Part shown: positions 27,896 to 37,217 of the stretch, piece by piece
Layout of the letters: the number at the start of each line of letters is the position of its first letter
Position numbering within the stretch: the first letter of the stretch is position 1
Source: a virus
Length of the DNA: 64,000 nt
IMG/VR virus record: IMGVR_UViG_3300027872_000004
Span: 6,319 to 70,318 of that record
Direction: 5' to 3' (one strand)
Notes under the pieces: model-generated
Told to the model about the DNA's origin: nothing
The model's database searches: none
Seen by the model: only the letters and a program-made list of their open reading frames with translations
Translations under genes and position numbers: made by a program

Positions 27896-28051
27896 ATGAA
27901 TGTACTTTGTGCCATAGCTGTGATCTACGTCACTGTCGATCTCGTCGTCTGCGCGTATGTTGTCAATAAGCGCGGCGGCATCAAGGCCACCGTCCGCGAC
28001 ATCAAGCAGAACCTCGGCCTGGAGGATAACGAGGATGTTTACGATCGCTGA
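27896..28051 (+). CDS. small membrane protein (51 aa)
   Basis: Read by hand; AGGAG RBS; N-terminal TM segment. Confidence 0.6.
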   Translation: MNVLCAIAVIYVTVDLVVCAYVVNKRGGIKATVRDIKQNLGLEDNEDVYDR

Positions 28052-28194
28052 TAAGCCGACAGAATACCCGAGCTTGATGCTCGCAATAGCCGCTGGCCGG
28101 GCCCTGTCATTCGAGATCAGAAAGAGTGTGAGAATCCTGAAAAACGGAAAATTTGTCCGACTTTTGCGCTACTAGATCTCAGAAACACCACCCC

Positions 28195-28217
28195 AGGGGC
28201 CTTCGGGCCCCTTTTTT
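28195..28217 (+). terminator. intrinsic terminator
   Basis: GGGGCC-TTCG-GGCCCC-TTTTTT. Confidence 0.85.
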
Positions 28218-28231
28218 ATTGCCCGCAATAG

Positions 28232-28276
28232 TTGCAATGCTGTGGTCATTGTGGCCTAATCGTCACTAGGGTACAG
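28232..28276 (+). promoter_or_regulatory. sigma70-like promoter + GGGTACAG box
   Basis: TTGCAA-17-CCTAAT-8-GGGTACAG. Confidence 0.55.
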
Positions 28277-28293
28277 TTAGATCGGAGTTACAC

Positions 28294-29088
28294 ATGCAAG
28301 ACCAGATCCAGAATCTCATCGACCGAGGCGCGATCTTCTACGTGTCTCACAGCGCCGGCAAAGACAGCCAGGCTATGTATCTACACCTCACTCGCCACAC
28401 CATGATTCCCGCCGACCAGATCGTCGTGGTCCACGCTGACCTGGGTGAAGTCGAGTGGAAAGGCGTCATCAGCCACATCGAAGATACGATCGAACCGCGA
28501 CATCCGTTGAATGTGGTCCGTGCTGGTAAGACGCTCCTGGAGATGGTTGAAAAACGATTCAAGAATCGTCCTGATGCTCCGTCCTGGCCTTCAGCGGCCT
28601 ATCGCCAATGCACCAGCGACCTGAAGCGCGACCCCATCCATAAGTTTATCCGCAACGATCTGAAAGCTCGTGGCAAAACCCTGGCACTCAACTGCACCGG
28701 GATCCGCGCCGAGGAGTCTTCAGCTCGCGCCAAGAAAAATCCATTCACTTTGAACAAGCTACTCTCGAAAGCTGGTCGCAAAGTATATGACTGGATGCCG
28801 ATTTTCGATTGGACCACCGAGGAGGTTTTCGATCGCATCGATAAGTCACACCAAGCGCCTCACTGGGCCTACCAGGAGAACGAGCGCCTGAGCTGCGTCT
28901 TCTGCATCATGGGATGTGCGAACGACCTCAACCACGGCGCACGACAGCGCCCTGAATTGTTTGCCAAATACGTCGAGATCGAGAAGCGTACTGGCTACAC
29001 CATGTTTCAGGGCAAGTCCCTGGAAGAAAAGGCCGGCATCACTGTCGGTGAATTGGCCGGAATCCCGGTCGTAACTCAGTCCATATAG
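28294..29088 (+). CDS. PAPS-reductase-family (PP-loop) protein
   Basis: SHSAGKDS PP-loop; CT..LK..PI; GIRAEES..R; RLSCVFC. Confidence 0.85.
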   Translation: MQDQIQNLIDRGAIFYVSHSAGKDSQAMYLHLTRHTMIPADQIVVVHADLGEVEWKGVISHIEDTIEPRHPLNVVRAGKTLLEMVEKRFKNRPDAPSWPSAAYRQCTSDLKRDPIHKFIRNDLKARGKTLALNCTGIRAEESSARAKKNPFTLNKLLSKAGRKVYDWMPIFDWTTEEVFDRIDKSHQAPHWAYQENERLSCVFCIMGCANDLNHGARQRPELFAKYVEIEKRTGYTMFQGKSLEEKAGITVGELAGIPVVTQSI

Positions 29089-29100
29089 GAGGATTGAATC

Positions 29101-30195
29101 ATGAAAACTGGAAAGTCACTGACTGAACTGGCGCAGGAGATCGAGCGACGTGCTGAGTCCAAGCGAGATTACATCGCACCTGTGAAGAAGTTGTCTGCTG
29201 TCGTTGAGACGGTCGATACGCTTCCGCAGGTTGTGATGAATCTTAAAGGACAAGATTCGTTCCCGATCACTCCTTACGCGCACGGTCAAATGGCCAGCTA
29301 CCTGGAGATCCCGAAGAAGTATTACGATCGCATGCTCGCTGATGCGCCGCATATTCTGATGGACAGCATCAACCGCTGGCTCCAGGACCACGGCAACGAG
29401 TCACGGATGATTCGAGTTCTGGACGACAAGATGCGGGCTCTGCTCTCTGATCGGTTCCGACCGATGGAGAACGAGGATCTCGCGGAAGCCGTGCTTCCTG
29501 TCTTGAACGACCTGGGTGTTATCGTCCTGTCGGCCGACATCACCGATCGCAAATTCTATCTCAAAGCGGTCGATGAGCGAATCACGCTCGACATCCCGAC
29601 CGGGAAGTTCATGGGAGATGGAGGCCACACGATCTTCGATACGGTCTCTCCCGCCATTACCATCTCGAACTCTGAGATCGGCGCCGGGACCATGCTGATC
29701 GAGACCTCGATCTGGACCAAAGCCTGCACCAACCTGGCCACTTTCGGTGCGTCCATGAGGAAGTACCATGCCGGCACACGAGCTGATGTCTCCGACGAGG
29801 TGTATGCCCTGTTGTCTGACAAGACTCGTGAGGTCTCAGATGAGGCGCTGTGGCGGCAAGCCAGGGACATCACCAAGGGTGCCTTCGAGCAGGCCCGTTT
29901 CGAGGCTATCGCCAAGAAATTGGGTGATGCGAGCGAGGACAAGATCGAAGACTCTCCGATTGAGGTCATCGAGCGAGTCCGCAAACGGTTCTCCTGGACC
30001 GATGGCGAGCGTGACTCAGTGCTGAAGCACCTGATCACTGGTGGTGACTTGACGCGCTACGGCTTGCATGCCGCTGTCACTCGTTCTTCCGAAGACCTGG
30101 ACGACTACGACCGGGCCTCTGAGTTCGAGCGCCTGGGTGGCGACATCATTGAGCTGCCGAAGGGCGATTGGAAGCGCCTGGCCGAAGCAGCTTAA
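29101..30195 (+). CDS. DUF932-like phage protein
   Basis: RA.LSDRFRP..N.D, ISNSE.G.G, CTN, H.G motifs. Confidence 0.65.
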   Translation: MKTGKSLTELAQEIERRAESKRDYIAPVKKLSAVVETVDTLPQVVMNLKGQDSFPITPYAHGQMASYLEIPKKYYDRMLADAPHILMDSINRWLQDHGNESRMIRVLDDKMRALLSDRFRPMENEDLAEAVLPVLNDLGVIVLSADITDRKFYLKAVDERITLDIPTGKFMGDGGHTIFDTVSPAITISNSEIGAGTMLIETSIWTKACTNLATFGASMRKYHAGTRADVSDEVYALLSDKTREVSDEALWRQARDITKGAFEQARFEAIAKKLGDASEDKIEDSPIEVIERVRKRFSWTDGERDSVLKHLITGGDLTRYGLHAAVTRSSEDLDDYDRASEFERLGGDIIELPKGDWKRLAEAA

Positions 30196-30216
30196 CTCCG
30201 GTGTACCCGCACCAGA

Positions 30217-30239
30217 AGGGGCCTTCGGGCCCCTTTTTT
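30217..30239 (+). terminator. intrinsic terminator (identical to 28195-28217)
   Basis: AGGGGCCTTCGGGCCCCTTTTTT. Confidence 0.85.
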
Positions 30240-30281
30240 CATTTCTGTCATTTATGCTAGATGGCAATCTTGGTGTCAAAA

Positions 30282-30306
30282 TGTTAAAATGGTCATTCGG
30301 GTGCAG
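30282..30306 (+). promoter_or_regulatory. extended -10 promoter + GGGTGCAG box
   Basis: TGtTAAAAT-8-GGGTGCAG. Confidence 0.55.
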
Positions 30307-30321
30307 CAATAGGAGTTGAAA

Positions 30322-30588
30322 ATGGAAACACAAATCGTCTTTTACTCGACGTATTCCGATGTAAAAACGTGCCTGGTCGTTCCGACTTCACGCAGACTCC
30401 ACATCGTCATGATCAAGAATCATGGCCTGGTAGAGAGATCCAAACCACTGGACGAGGAACAGTTCATGCGTCCAGCCGGCATCACATTGAAGAAAGGTCT
30501 CAGTTCGTTCGGCGGTATCGCCAGGCGGAAAGGATCCACCAAGGCAGCCAGAACCTGGTTGGCCAAAGCAAGAGAAGGCGCATCATGA
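30322..30588 (+). CDS. early hypothetical protein
   Basis: AGGAG RBS. Confidence 0.55.
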   Translation: METQIVFYSTYSDVKTCLVVPTSRRLHIVMIKNHGLVERSKPLDEEQFMRPAGITLKKGLSSFGGIARRKGSTKAARTWLAKAREGAS

Positions 30589-30764
30589 GATTTAACGTCA
30601 CGCTGATACACATCGCCACTAGCCAAACACTGAAATGGACCAGCTCCGGCCACGACAGTCGCTACGCCGCTGTCGCTGATGCCTTCCTTGATCTCGTCGG
30701 TATGGAGCAACACGATTGCCTGGATACCTGGAAGGTCTTGGAAGCAAAGGAGATTAAATCATGA
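30585..30764 (+). CDS. early hypothetical protein
   Basis: ATGA coupling. Confidence 0.5.
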   Translation: MRFNVTLIHIATSQTLKWTSSGHDSRYAAVADAFLDLVGMEQHDCLDTWKVLEAKEIKS

Positions 30765-31012
30765 GCGACCATACTTTCTGTCGTCTCCTTCTGGCAGAGA
30801 CACGAAGCACTCTAACCACCGAACAGCGCAAGCGCCTGGTCGGATCATGGTCGTATATGTACCGCTGGTCAGGTGCCGCCTTGTCCGGTGAGTGGCATGG
30901 GCCAGATGGATACTACTGGCACGGCTCGACCTGCTGCGCATATCACGCTCGGTCACAAGGCATCTCCGCCTGGCTGACTACCAACTATCCTGAACAGGAG
31001 GAACAATCATGA
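30761..31012 (+). CDS. early hypothetical protein
   Basis: ATGA coupling; aromatic-rich. Confidence 0.55.
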   Translation: MSDHTFCRLLLAETRSTLTTEQRKRLVGSWSYMYRWSGAALSGEWHGPDGYYWHGSTCCAYHARSQGISAWLTTNYPEQEEQS

Positions 31013-31893
31013 AACAACTATTCGTTCCAAAGAACTTCAAGGAAAGCTCGCTCCTGATCATCGAGGAAGCGAACGACATCATCAATGAGTACCGAGCCCA
31101 GGGTTTCATCCTGACGTTGCGGCAGCTCTACTACCAGTTCGTCGCCAGGGGCCTGATCGAGAACACCATGCGATCCTACAAGCGCATGGGCTCGATCATC
31201 AACGACGCTCGACTCGCTGGCCTGCTGAACTGGGAAGCCATCGAGGATCGCACCAGGAACCTGGAGAAGAACTTCCACTTCGACAGCCCGGCCGGCGCCA
31301 TCGAGGTCATCCGCGATCAGTACGAGATCGATATGTGGGCCAACCAGCCTGAGCGCGTCGAGGTCTGGGTAGAGAAGGAGGCCCTGGTAGGTGTCATCTC
31401 CAAGATCTGCGAGCCTCACGATGTCCCGTACTTCGCCTGTCGTGGCTACGTGTCGCAGTCGGAGCAGTGGCGATCCTATTGTCGAATACTGGATCACTGG
31501 GACAATCGCGATCAGGTGACGACCATCCTGCACCTGGGAGACCATGACCCATCTGGAATCGACATGACTCGCGACAACAAGGATCGCCTGGAGATGTTCC
31601 TGGGTGACGAAGACCCAGTTAATGTTGAGCGTATCGCCCTGAACATGGACCAGATCGAATCCCAGGAACCTCCGCCCAACCCGGCCAAGCAGACCGACAG
31701 CCGCTTCTCTGGCTACGTCGATTTGTATGGCGAGGAAAGCTGGGAGCTGGACGCACTGGACCCGACCTTCCTGACCAACCTGATCAGCGACAAGATCAAC
31801 GAACACAAGGACTCTGCCCTGTGGCACGAGAAGCGCGAACAGCAAAACGAGGAGATCGAGGAACTCAGCAAAATCATAGGAGATTTAACATGA
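31009..31893 (+). CDS. TOPRIM protein (Topo VI-A / JetD-like)
   Basis: TLRQLYYQ wHTH; VWVEKEAL; RGY.SQS; LGDHDPSG DxD motif. Confidence 0.8.
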   Translation: MKQLFVPKNFKESSLLIIEEANDIINEYRAQGFILTLRQLYYQFVARGLIENTMRSYKRMGSIINDARLAGLLNWEAIEDRTRNLEKNFHFDSPAGAIEVIRDQYEIDMWANQPERVEVWVEKEALVGVISKICEPHDVPYFACRGYVSQSEQWRSYCRILDHWDNRDQVTTILHLGDHDPSGIDMTRDNKDRLEMFLGDEDPVNVERIALNMDQIESQEPPPNPAKQTDSRFSGYVDLYGEESWELDALDPTFLTNLISDKINEHKDSALWHEKREQQNEEIEELSKIIGDLT

Positions 31894-32189
31894 AAATCAC
31901 AGCCATAGATCCACGACAAACACGCAACACCGCAGGACAGCTCAAAGGCGGCGATATATTCGTTCGCGATGCCGATCGAGTCCGACCACTGAGCAGTCGA
32001 TCCACCTATTTAGTGCTATGGAAGCACTCACGACTCGACGACCTCAAGAAGTACAGCTCGACCAGCAAAGAGGTGGTCTGCGTTCTGATGTCCAACGGAA
32101 AATTAACCAGCGTGAACGCTTCACAGCCGATCCTGGAACTCGAAGCTGGTGACCTAGAACTACCCATCAAACCAAACGACGACAGCTAA
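31890..32189 (+). CDS. hypothetical protein
   Basis: ATGA coupling. Confidence 0.5.
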   Translation: MKITAIDPRQTRNTAGQLKGGDIFVRDADRVRPLSSRSTYLVLWKHSRLDDLKKYSSTSKEVVCVLMSNGKLTSVNASQPILELEAGDLELPIKPNDDS

Positions 32190-32200
32190 CGCCGCTGGTA

Positions 32201-32231
32201 AATAAAAAGGGCCCTCGCAATGAGGGCCCTT
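32201..32231. terminator. terminator between convergent units (U tract on minus strand)
   Basis: AAGGGCCCTC-GCAAT-GAGGGCCCTT preceded by an A tract. Confidence 0.8.
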
Positions 32232-32374
32232 CGGGTATGGGCGACCGGATGACCATCGAGCGTTTTGGAGAGTTGGGTACAGTCCAGGAGCAGAATGTCC
32301 ACCGGGTCGCGCCGGGGTTTCTTACCAGAATCTCGTCATTTCTCTGCTCCGATTAGCGATGGAGGGATACACCG

Positions 32375-32752
32375 CTACTTTACCAGAGGTTCCAGCTCGA
32401 CCACAACCATTCCTTGATCGACGACATGAGTTGTTCGCCAGGCATGATGCTCAGCAATCTGGTAGTCGTCCTCGAACACTCCAGCATTCTGAAGCGCGTC
32501 CTCCAGCATCTTGAATAGATTCGACGTATCACGCTTGCGGCGATCAGGTGGATACGTCCAGACCGACAGCTTCAGTGGGCAGCTCCAATGCTTCGCGGCC
32601 CTGTCCCGCATCACAATCGACTGCACGTTGCGGTGATACTCCTTGGCCTTGCCGGTCAGGTACACCTGGACGAACTGCTTCGGCGCCGTACCGGCAACCC
32701 GATGCCCGATGTAGTGATTGGCCGATGGTGGCCAAGGCAGCTCCAGTCTCAA
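32375..32752 (-). CDS. rusA: RusA-like Holliday junction resolvase
   Basis: LPWPPSAN...PPDRRKRDTSN..K...DAL..AGV..DD.QI; TTG start overlapping upstream TGA. Confidence 0.85.
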   Translation of the reverse strand: MRLELPWPPSANHYIGHRVAGTAPKQFVQVYLTGKAKEYHRNVQSIVMRDRAAKHWSCPLKLSVWTYPPDRRKRDTSNLFKMLEDALQNAGVFEDDYQIAEHHAWRTTHVVDQGMVVVELEPLVK

Positions 32753-33168
32753 GATAGCAAGCTGGCCGCTCTGACTTCCGGTAACTTCGAGTTCTCGTTG
32801 TTCCATAGTATCGCTTGCTCCCAGATGTCGTACTCTAGTTGCCCATTGACTTCGATGAGGAAATCGACCTGTTTGCCGAAAATTTCTTCCCACGTCTCTA
32901 CTCCCATCGATCCATCGATCGCCATGCTTCCGGTGTGATACCTCAGCAACAGCGGGATCTGCAAGAACGGATTGTTCTTCTCCGCCATCCCTGGGTTCGG
33001 GAATCCCGGCCCCAGGTCGAGCATCGATCCACCATGGCAGTGATGCAAGGTGACCGGGTACTGCATGCTCACCACGCACCGCAGCTCACGCAGGTTTTTC
33101 TCGTGCCTGCTGACGCTAATCTTCCTCGGTTCCTCGCCACTCTGAGTATGGTCGTCTGATTCGCTCAT
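32749..33168 (-). CDS. Ref/DUF968-like HNH-type nuclease
   Basis: CVV...LHH...IPL..RYH.G..G...WE motif. Confidence 0.6.
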   Translation of the reverse strand: MSESDDHTQSGEEPRKISVSRHEKNLRELRCVVSMQYPVTLHHCHGGSMLDLGPGFPNPGMAEKNNPFLQIPLLLRYHTGSMAIDGSMGVETWEEIFGKQVDFLIEVNGQLEYDIWEQAILWNNENSKLPEVRAASLLS

Positions 33169-33880
33169 GAAATATCTCTCCTGCTTTTGCGTTGTTGTCC
33201 AGGTCGGCTCTCGATTCAATATCGCAGATCCACCGGATCCACCTGGCGACATGATCACCAGAGGACCACCAGGACGCTGGCCGTAGCTTACGGTCAGGTA
33301 GTGGAACCTCCTCGCTCAAGTACTGAAGGAACAGCTTGTCGTGGCTCCTGGTTGCCGCCCAGCGGCATAATGGCCCGCCCTTCCTGGCGCCGTTGGACCG
33401 CTCCAACCTGGCTCGTTTCTCCTGGTTGATCGGCTGGTCGTCGTCATCCAGCTCGACGAACATCGCCTCAAACAGATCACCTGGTTCATCGCGCCTCCTT
33501 CCGGCACAGCCGGCGAATGGATGAGAGGCTTCCTCGTCGTCCATCCAGAACCTGACCCACATCCCCTGGCCCAGTGGATTACCTCCACCAGCCAGCATCA
33601 GCTCGCCTTTGAAGTACACCACCTCCTCACCAACCCTGGTGATCGCGGCATAGAACCTGGTGCCAACTCGGTTACCTCGGCGTCGTACAAAATCGGCAAA
33701 CGGATGCAGAACAAGCGGTGTATCAGACGTGCTGATCAACCGGAACTTGACCGTCCGACCACTGTTCAGCTCCCACTTCGCGTCGAGCAGTTCGAGACCA
33801 CCCTTATGCGCGATGATCGGTAGCTTAGAAGTTGTCGAACTCGTCTCTTTTTCTGGAACTACGGCCGTGGTGTCGGTCAT
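33116..33880 (-). CDS. hypothetical protein
   Basis: In replication operon; start MTDTT. Confidence 0.55.
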   Translation of the reverse strand: MTDTTAVVPEKETSSTTSKLPIIAHKGGLELLDAKWELNSGRTVKFRLISTSDTPLVLHPFADFVRRRGNRVGTRFYAAITRVGEEVVYFKGELMLAGGGNPLGQGMWVRFWMDDEEASHPFAGCAGRRRDEPGDLFEAMFVELDDDDQPINQEKRARLERSNGARKGGPLCRWAATRSHDKLFLQYLSEEVPLPDRKLRPASWWSSGDHVARWIRWICDIESRADLDNNAKAGEIFHERIRRPYSEWRGTEED

Positions 33881-35201
33881 GCCAGAACTCCTGCTGTGAA
33901 TCGCCATCCATCTGCCCGAACATCGTGTACTCACCGAAGTAGTACATCAACACGGTGCCGGTGGGCCCGTTGCGCTGTTTGCCAACGATGATCTCGGCCA
34001 CCTTCTTGTGCTTGGTGTTCTCGTTGTAAACCACATCCCGGTAGATAAACAGGATCAGGTCAGCGTCCTGCTCGATCGATCCTGACTCCCGGAGATCCGA
34101 AAGCCTGGGATGCTTGTCGTCACGTTTATCCACGTCACGGTTGAGCTGGCTCAGCGCGATCACTGGCAGGTTCAACTCCTTGGCCAGTGCCTTCAGACCC
34201 CTGGTAATGTCAGAGATCTGCTGGGCCCGGTGGATCTTATTGTCTCCGCTCATGAGCTGGATGTAATCGATGATAATCAGCGCCAGGTCGGATCTCTGTT
34301 GTTTCACTCGCCTGGACCTGGAGCGGATCTGCGCCATCATCATGGCCGGCGACTCGTCGATCATAATGTGCTTGTGGAATACCTGATTGCATCCATCGGA
34401 GGTCTTCCCCCACTGTTCATCATCGAGGTTTCCGGAAAGCAATCTGTCCAGGGGAACCTTCGAGTGCTGCGCGACAGACCTTGAGATGATCTCCATCGAG
34501 GACATCTCCATCGAGAACACCAAGGTCGTCTTAGTTTCACCGACTGAGTTCGCGATGTTCATTGCCAGGGCTGTCTTACCCATCGATGGTCGGCCAGCAA
34601 TGACGATCAGGTTTTGCCTCTGAAGACCGTTGATCTTTTTGTCGATGTCACGGTAGCCAGTCGAGAGACCTGGGATCGACTGTTTCACGTGGAACATCGA
34701 GTCCAGGTTATCCATCCACGCAGGCACCAAATCCTTCACTGGGACCGGGCCCGACTGAAAGGCGTCGTGTCCGATATCCATCACCCTGGTCTGCGCGTCG
34801 GACAACACCTCATCGATCGGCCTGATGTCTTCAGCAAGCTCACGCATATCGTTCGAGGCTTGCACGAGGGCTCTCCTGGTCGATCGCTCTTTCACCATGC
34901 CGGCGTAAGATCGGATATTTGCGGATCCAGGTACGTTGATCACCAGGCTGCTGATGTAGTCGGAACCTCCGGCCGCGTCCAACAAGCTCATCTTCCGTAG
35001 TCGGTCGATCACGGTCACCATATCGATCGGACTGTCGAGTTCGTCGAGTTCGCAGAACACATCCCACATAACTTTGTGATCAGCCCTGGCGAAGTCTCCT
35101 CGGCCAAGGATGTCCTGCACATCCATCATCGCCTTACCACCTGACTGCATGATGCCACCGAGTACAGATTGCTCAGCGTCGATCGCTTCGAGCCGACTCA
35201 T
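33825..35201 (-). CDS. dnaB: replicative DNA helicase
   Basis: GRPSMGKT Walker A; IIIDYIQLM; SQLNR; SDLRESGSIEQDAD; KQRNGPTG. Confidence 0.97.
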   Translation of the reverse strand: MSRLEAIDAEQSVLGGIMQSGGKAMMDVQDILGRGDFARADHKVMWDVFCELDELDSPIDMVTVIDRLRKMSLLDAAGGSDYISSLVINVPGSANIRSYAGMVKERSTRRALVQASNDMRELAEDIRPIDEVLSDAQTRVMDIGHDAFQSGPVPVKDLVPAWMDNLDSMFHVKQSIPGLSTGYRDIDKKINGLQRQNLIVIAGRPSMGKTALAMNIANSVGETKTTLVFSMEMSSMEIISRSVAQHSKVPLDRLLSGNLDDEQWGKTSDGCNQVFHKHIMIDESPAMMMAQIRSRSRRVKQQRSDLALIIIDYIQLMSGDNKIHRAQQISDITRGLKALAKELNLPVIALSQLNRDVDKRDDKHPRLSDLRESGSIEQDADLILFIYRDVVYNENTKHKKVAEIIVGKQRNGPTGTVLMYYFGEYTMFGQMDGDSQQEFWHDRHHGRSSRKRDEFDNF

Positions 35202-36025
35202 GATTTCGTTCCCACGTATTTATTTTCCATGATGTTGACCATTCCAGACTCGCGGATTACGAAGTCAAAGTTGGCTACCCAGCCTCGATCGTTCTTGCCG
35301 TTCAGGAAAGGGCACTTCTCGGTGATGAATTTGAAATATCGCTCCCACTGTTCAAGCTCATTGAAGCGGATGTATTCCTTGGTTCCGGGCCTACCAAATC
35401 CTTTCCAGTACTCGAAGGTTTTCCACCTGGATCTGAGCTGAGCTTTTCGCTTGGCACTGAGGACTTTCACTCTGGGTAATTGCGGGCAGTGTTCGTGGTA
35501 GAGATCCACTATTTTCTGGAAGGGTACGTCGCCTCTGGCGACTCTCACCGCAGGTGAGGGTGTTTGTTGGTCTCTTTGTTCTTGGTTCTTTGTTCGCATA
35601 GCGAGCGCATCGCTTTTTTGATGCGGACGCATCTCCCCCGCATGGGGTTCCGCATCTTTTGTCTGTTTATTCCACCGAGTCAGAGCAGCTTGTCGTGCTT
35701 GCTCACCCTTTTTCTCGATGCGAATGCGTTCTCGATGGAGTCTGTTGTTGAATAATTTACCTGGCTCTAGCTCGGTGAATTTGACTATCAGGTAGTCCTT
35801 CCAGATCTCCCTCCATTGCTCTGCATCGAATGAGCCAGCGATCCTGGCCAGCTTCTCCTGGTTCGCCGGAAGGTAGCCTTCTCGCCACTGATGATTCATC
35901 AATCGAATCAAGGCACCGACGACATCGAGCGGCCAAGTCCTGGTATCCAGGTCGAAGTCATCGACATACAGTGGATACCACTGCATCTTCGGGCGCCCGG
36001 CGCCGGCTATTGGTCTGTCGCTCAT
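35198..36025 (-). CDS. replication initiator (YdaU/DUF1376-like)
   Basis: WYPLYVDDF...GA.IRL...QW N-terminus; ANFDFVIRE C-terminus; upstream of dnaB. Confidence 0.75.
   Translation of the reverse strand: MSDRPIAGAGRPKMQWYPLYVDDFDLDTRTWPLDVVGALIRLMNHQWREGYLPANQEKLARIAGSFDAEQWREIWKDYLIVKFTELEPGKLFNNRLHRERIRIEKKGEQARQAALTRWNKQTKDAEPHAGEMRPHQKSDALAMRTKNQEQRDQQTPSPAVRVARGDVPFQKIVDLYHEHCPQLPRVKVLSAKRKAQLRSRWKTFEYWKGFGRPGTKEYIRFNELEQWERYFKFITEKCPFLNGKNDRGWVANFDFVIRESGMVNIMENKYVGTKS
35575..35730. repeat. putative origin iterons inside initiator gene
   Basis: Eight CGCAT/ATGCG pentamers incl. GATGCG-GA-CGCATC, beside TTCTTGGTTCTT AT-rich repeats. Confidence 0.6.
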
Positions 36026-36044
36026 GCGGTCGCATCTCCTGACT

Positions 36045-36090
36045 CTGTACCCTGGATATGCATGTTATCTGGCCTATCGTATATGGTCAA
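36045..36090 (-). promoter_or_regulatory. sigma70-like promoter + GGGTACAG box (replication operon)
   Basis: TTGACC-17-TAACAT-9-GGGTACAG. Confidence 0.7.
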
Positions 36091-36096
36091 ATTTCC

Positions 36097-36141
36097 TTGC
36101 AATGATGCTGTCATTACGTCATTATCTGTTATTGGGTACGG
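36097..36141 (+). promoter_or_regulatory. sigma70-like promoter + GGGTACGG box (recombination operon)
   Basis: TTGCAA-17-CATTAT-8-GGGTACGG. Confidence 0.65.
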
Positions 36142-36158
36142 GCATAAAGGAGCCGAGT

Positions 36159-37217
36159 ATGTCGAATGAAAAGCCACGTCTGCCAGCAGTCATCCAACAG
36201 GCAGTCACATCAGCACGACGCCCCTTCGAGAAGATCTCGAACCAGGGCGGGCACCTGGTTACCTGGGAGAAGGAATCGATGTTCGCCATGCAGGCGATCG
36301 TCAGTAACAGCCTGCTCCAGAAGTGCGAGAAGCACACCATCCGAGATTCGATAATCAACATCGCCTCCATCGGACTGTCACTCAACCCGGTGCTGAAGCA
36401 CTGCGCCTTAATCCCCAGGTACAACAAGCAGCTCAAAGTCTACGAGTGCCACTGTGATCCGATGTACCAGGGCCTGATTGCTATCGCGACCGATGGCGAG
36501 AAGATCTTGAACGTCTGGGCTGAGGTTGTTCGCAAACAGGATCGCGAGGATGGCAACTTCAAATACTTCGCCGGCACCAACCCGCAAATCGTTCATACAC
36601 CAGATCCTTTCATGACTGAAACAATGAGAGGCGAGGTCATCGGTGCGTACTGTGTTGCCGAGGTCGCAGGCTCTCTCCATCCACACGTTACCTTCGTCTC
36701 GATTGAGGATCTGGAACATATCCGTGACAAGTCAGAGCTATGGAAGGCCAAAAAGTCTGGACCATGGAAGGATGACTTCCCTGAGATGGCAAAAAAATCT
36801 GCCATCAAGCGAGCGCAGAAGACCTGGCCGAAGGGCACTGGCCGGCTTGAAAAGGCAGTCCAGTTGGCGCACATCGCTGACGGTTATGCCGAGCTTGAGA
36901 AGAACAAGCCGATCGACGTTACGCCGACTGAACTGATCACAGACGAGCAGGCCAAAGAACTCCGAGCCGCTGCCCGTAAAGCCAAGCTCAGAGTGGAGCG
37001 GATCTACAAGGCATTCAACATTGACAGGATGGAGGAGTTGCCGGCCGACAAGCTGGACACCTGCCGCAAGCGGATCAACACCGCTGGCCTGATCAACATC
37101 CTGAAGACTGCCAAAAGTTCTGATGTCAAGGTCTCAGCGAAAGCCTGGGGCATGAGCTACTCAGATCTGGAAGGGCTCGGCGCCGAACACAAAACCAAAG
37201 CAAGTATCGTGAAATGA
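36159..37217 (+). CDS. recT: RecT-family ssDNA annealing protein
   Basis: GLSLNP..K...LIP, YQGLI, IGAYCVA, W..DF.EMAKKS.IKRA.K.WP. Confidence 0.8.
   Translation: MSNEKPRLPAVIQQAVTSARRPFEKISNQGGHLVTWEKESMFAMQAIVSNSLLQKCEKHTIRDSIINIASIGLSLNPVLKHCALIPRYNKQLKVYECHCDPMYQGLIAIATDGEKILNVWAEVVRKQDREDGNFKYFAGTNPQIVHTPDPFMTETMRGEVIGAYCVAEVAGSLHPHVTFVSIEDLEHIRDKSELWKAKKSGPWKDDFPEMAKKSAIKRAQKTWPKGTGRLEKAVQLAHIADGYAELEKNKPIDVTPTELITDEQAKELRAAARKAKLRVERIYKAFNIDRMEELPADKLDTCRKRINTAGLINILKTAKSSDVKVSAKAWGMSYSDLEGLGAEHKTKASIVK

Noticed and set aside
32753-33079. Upstream extension of the RusA ORF
   Set aside because: Overlaps the Ref-like gene in another frame; RusA similarity starts only near 32752
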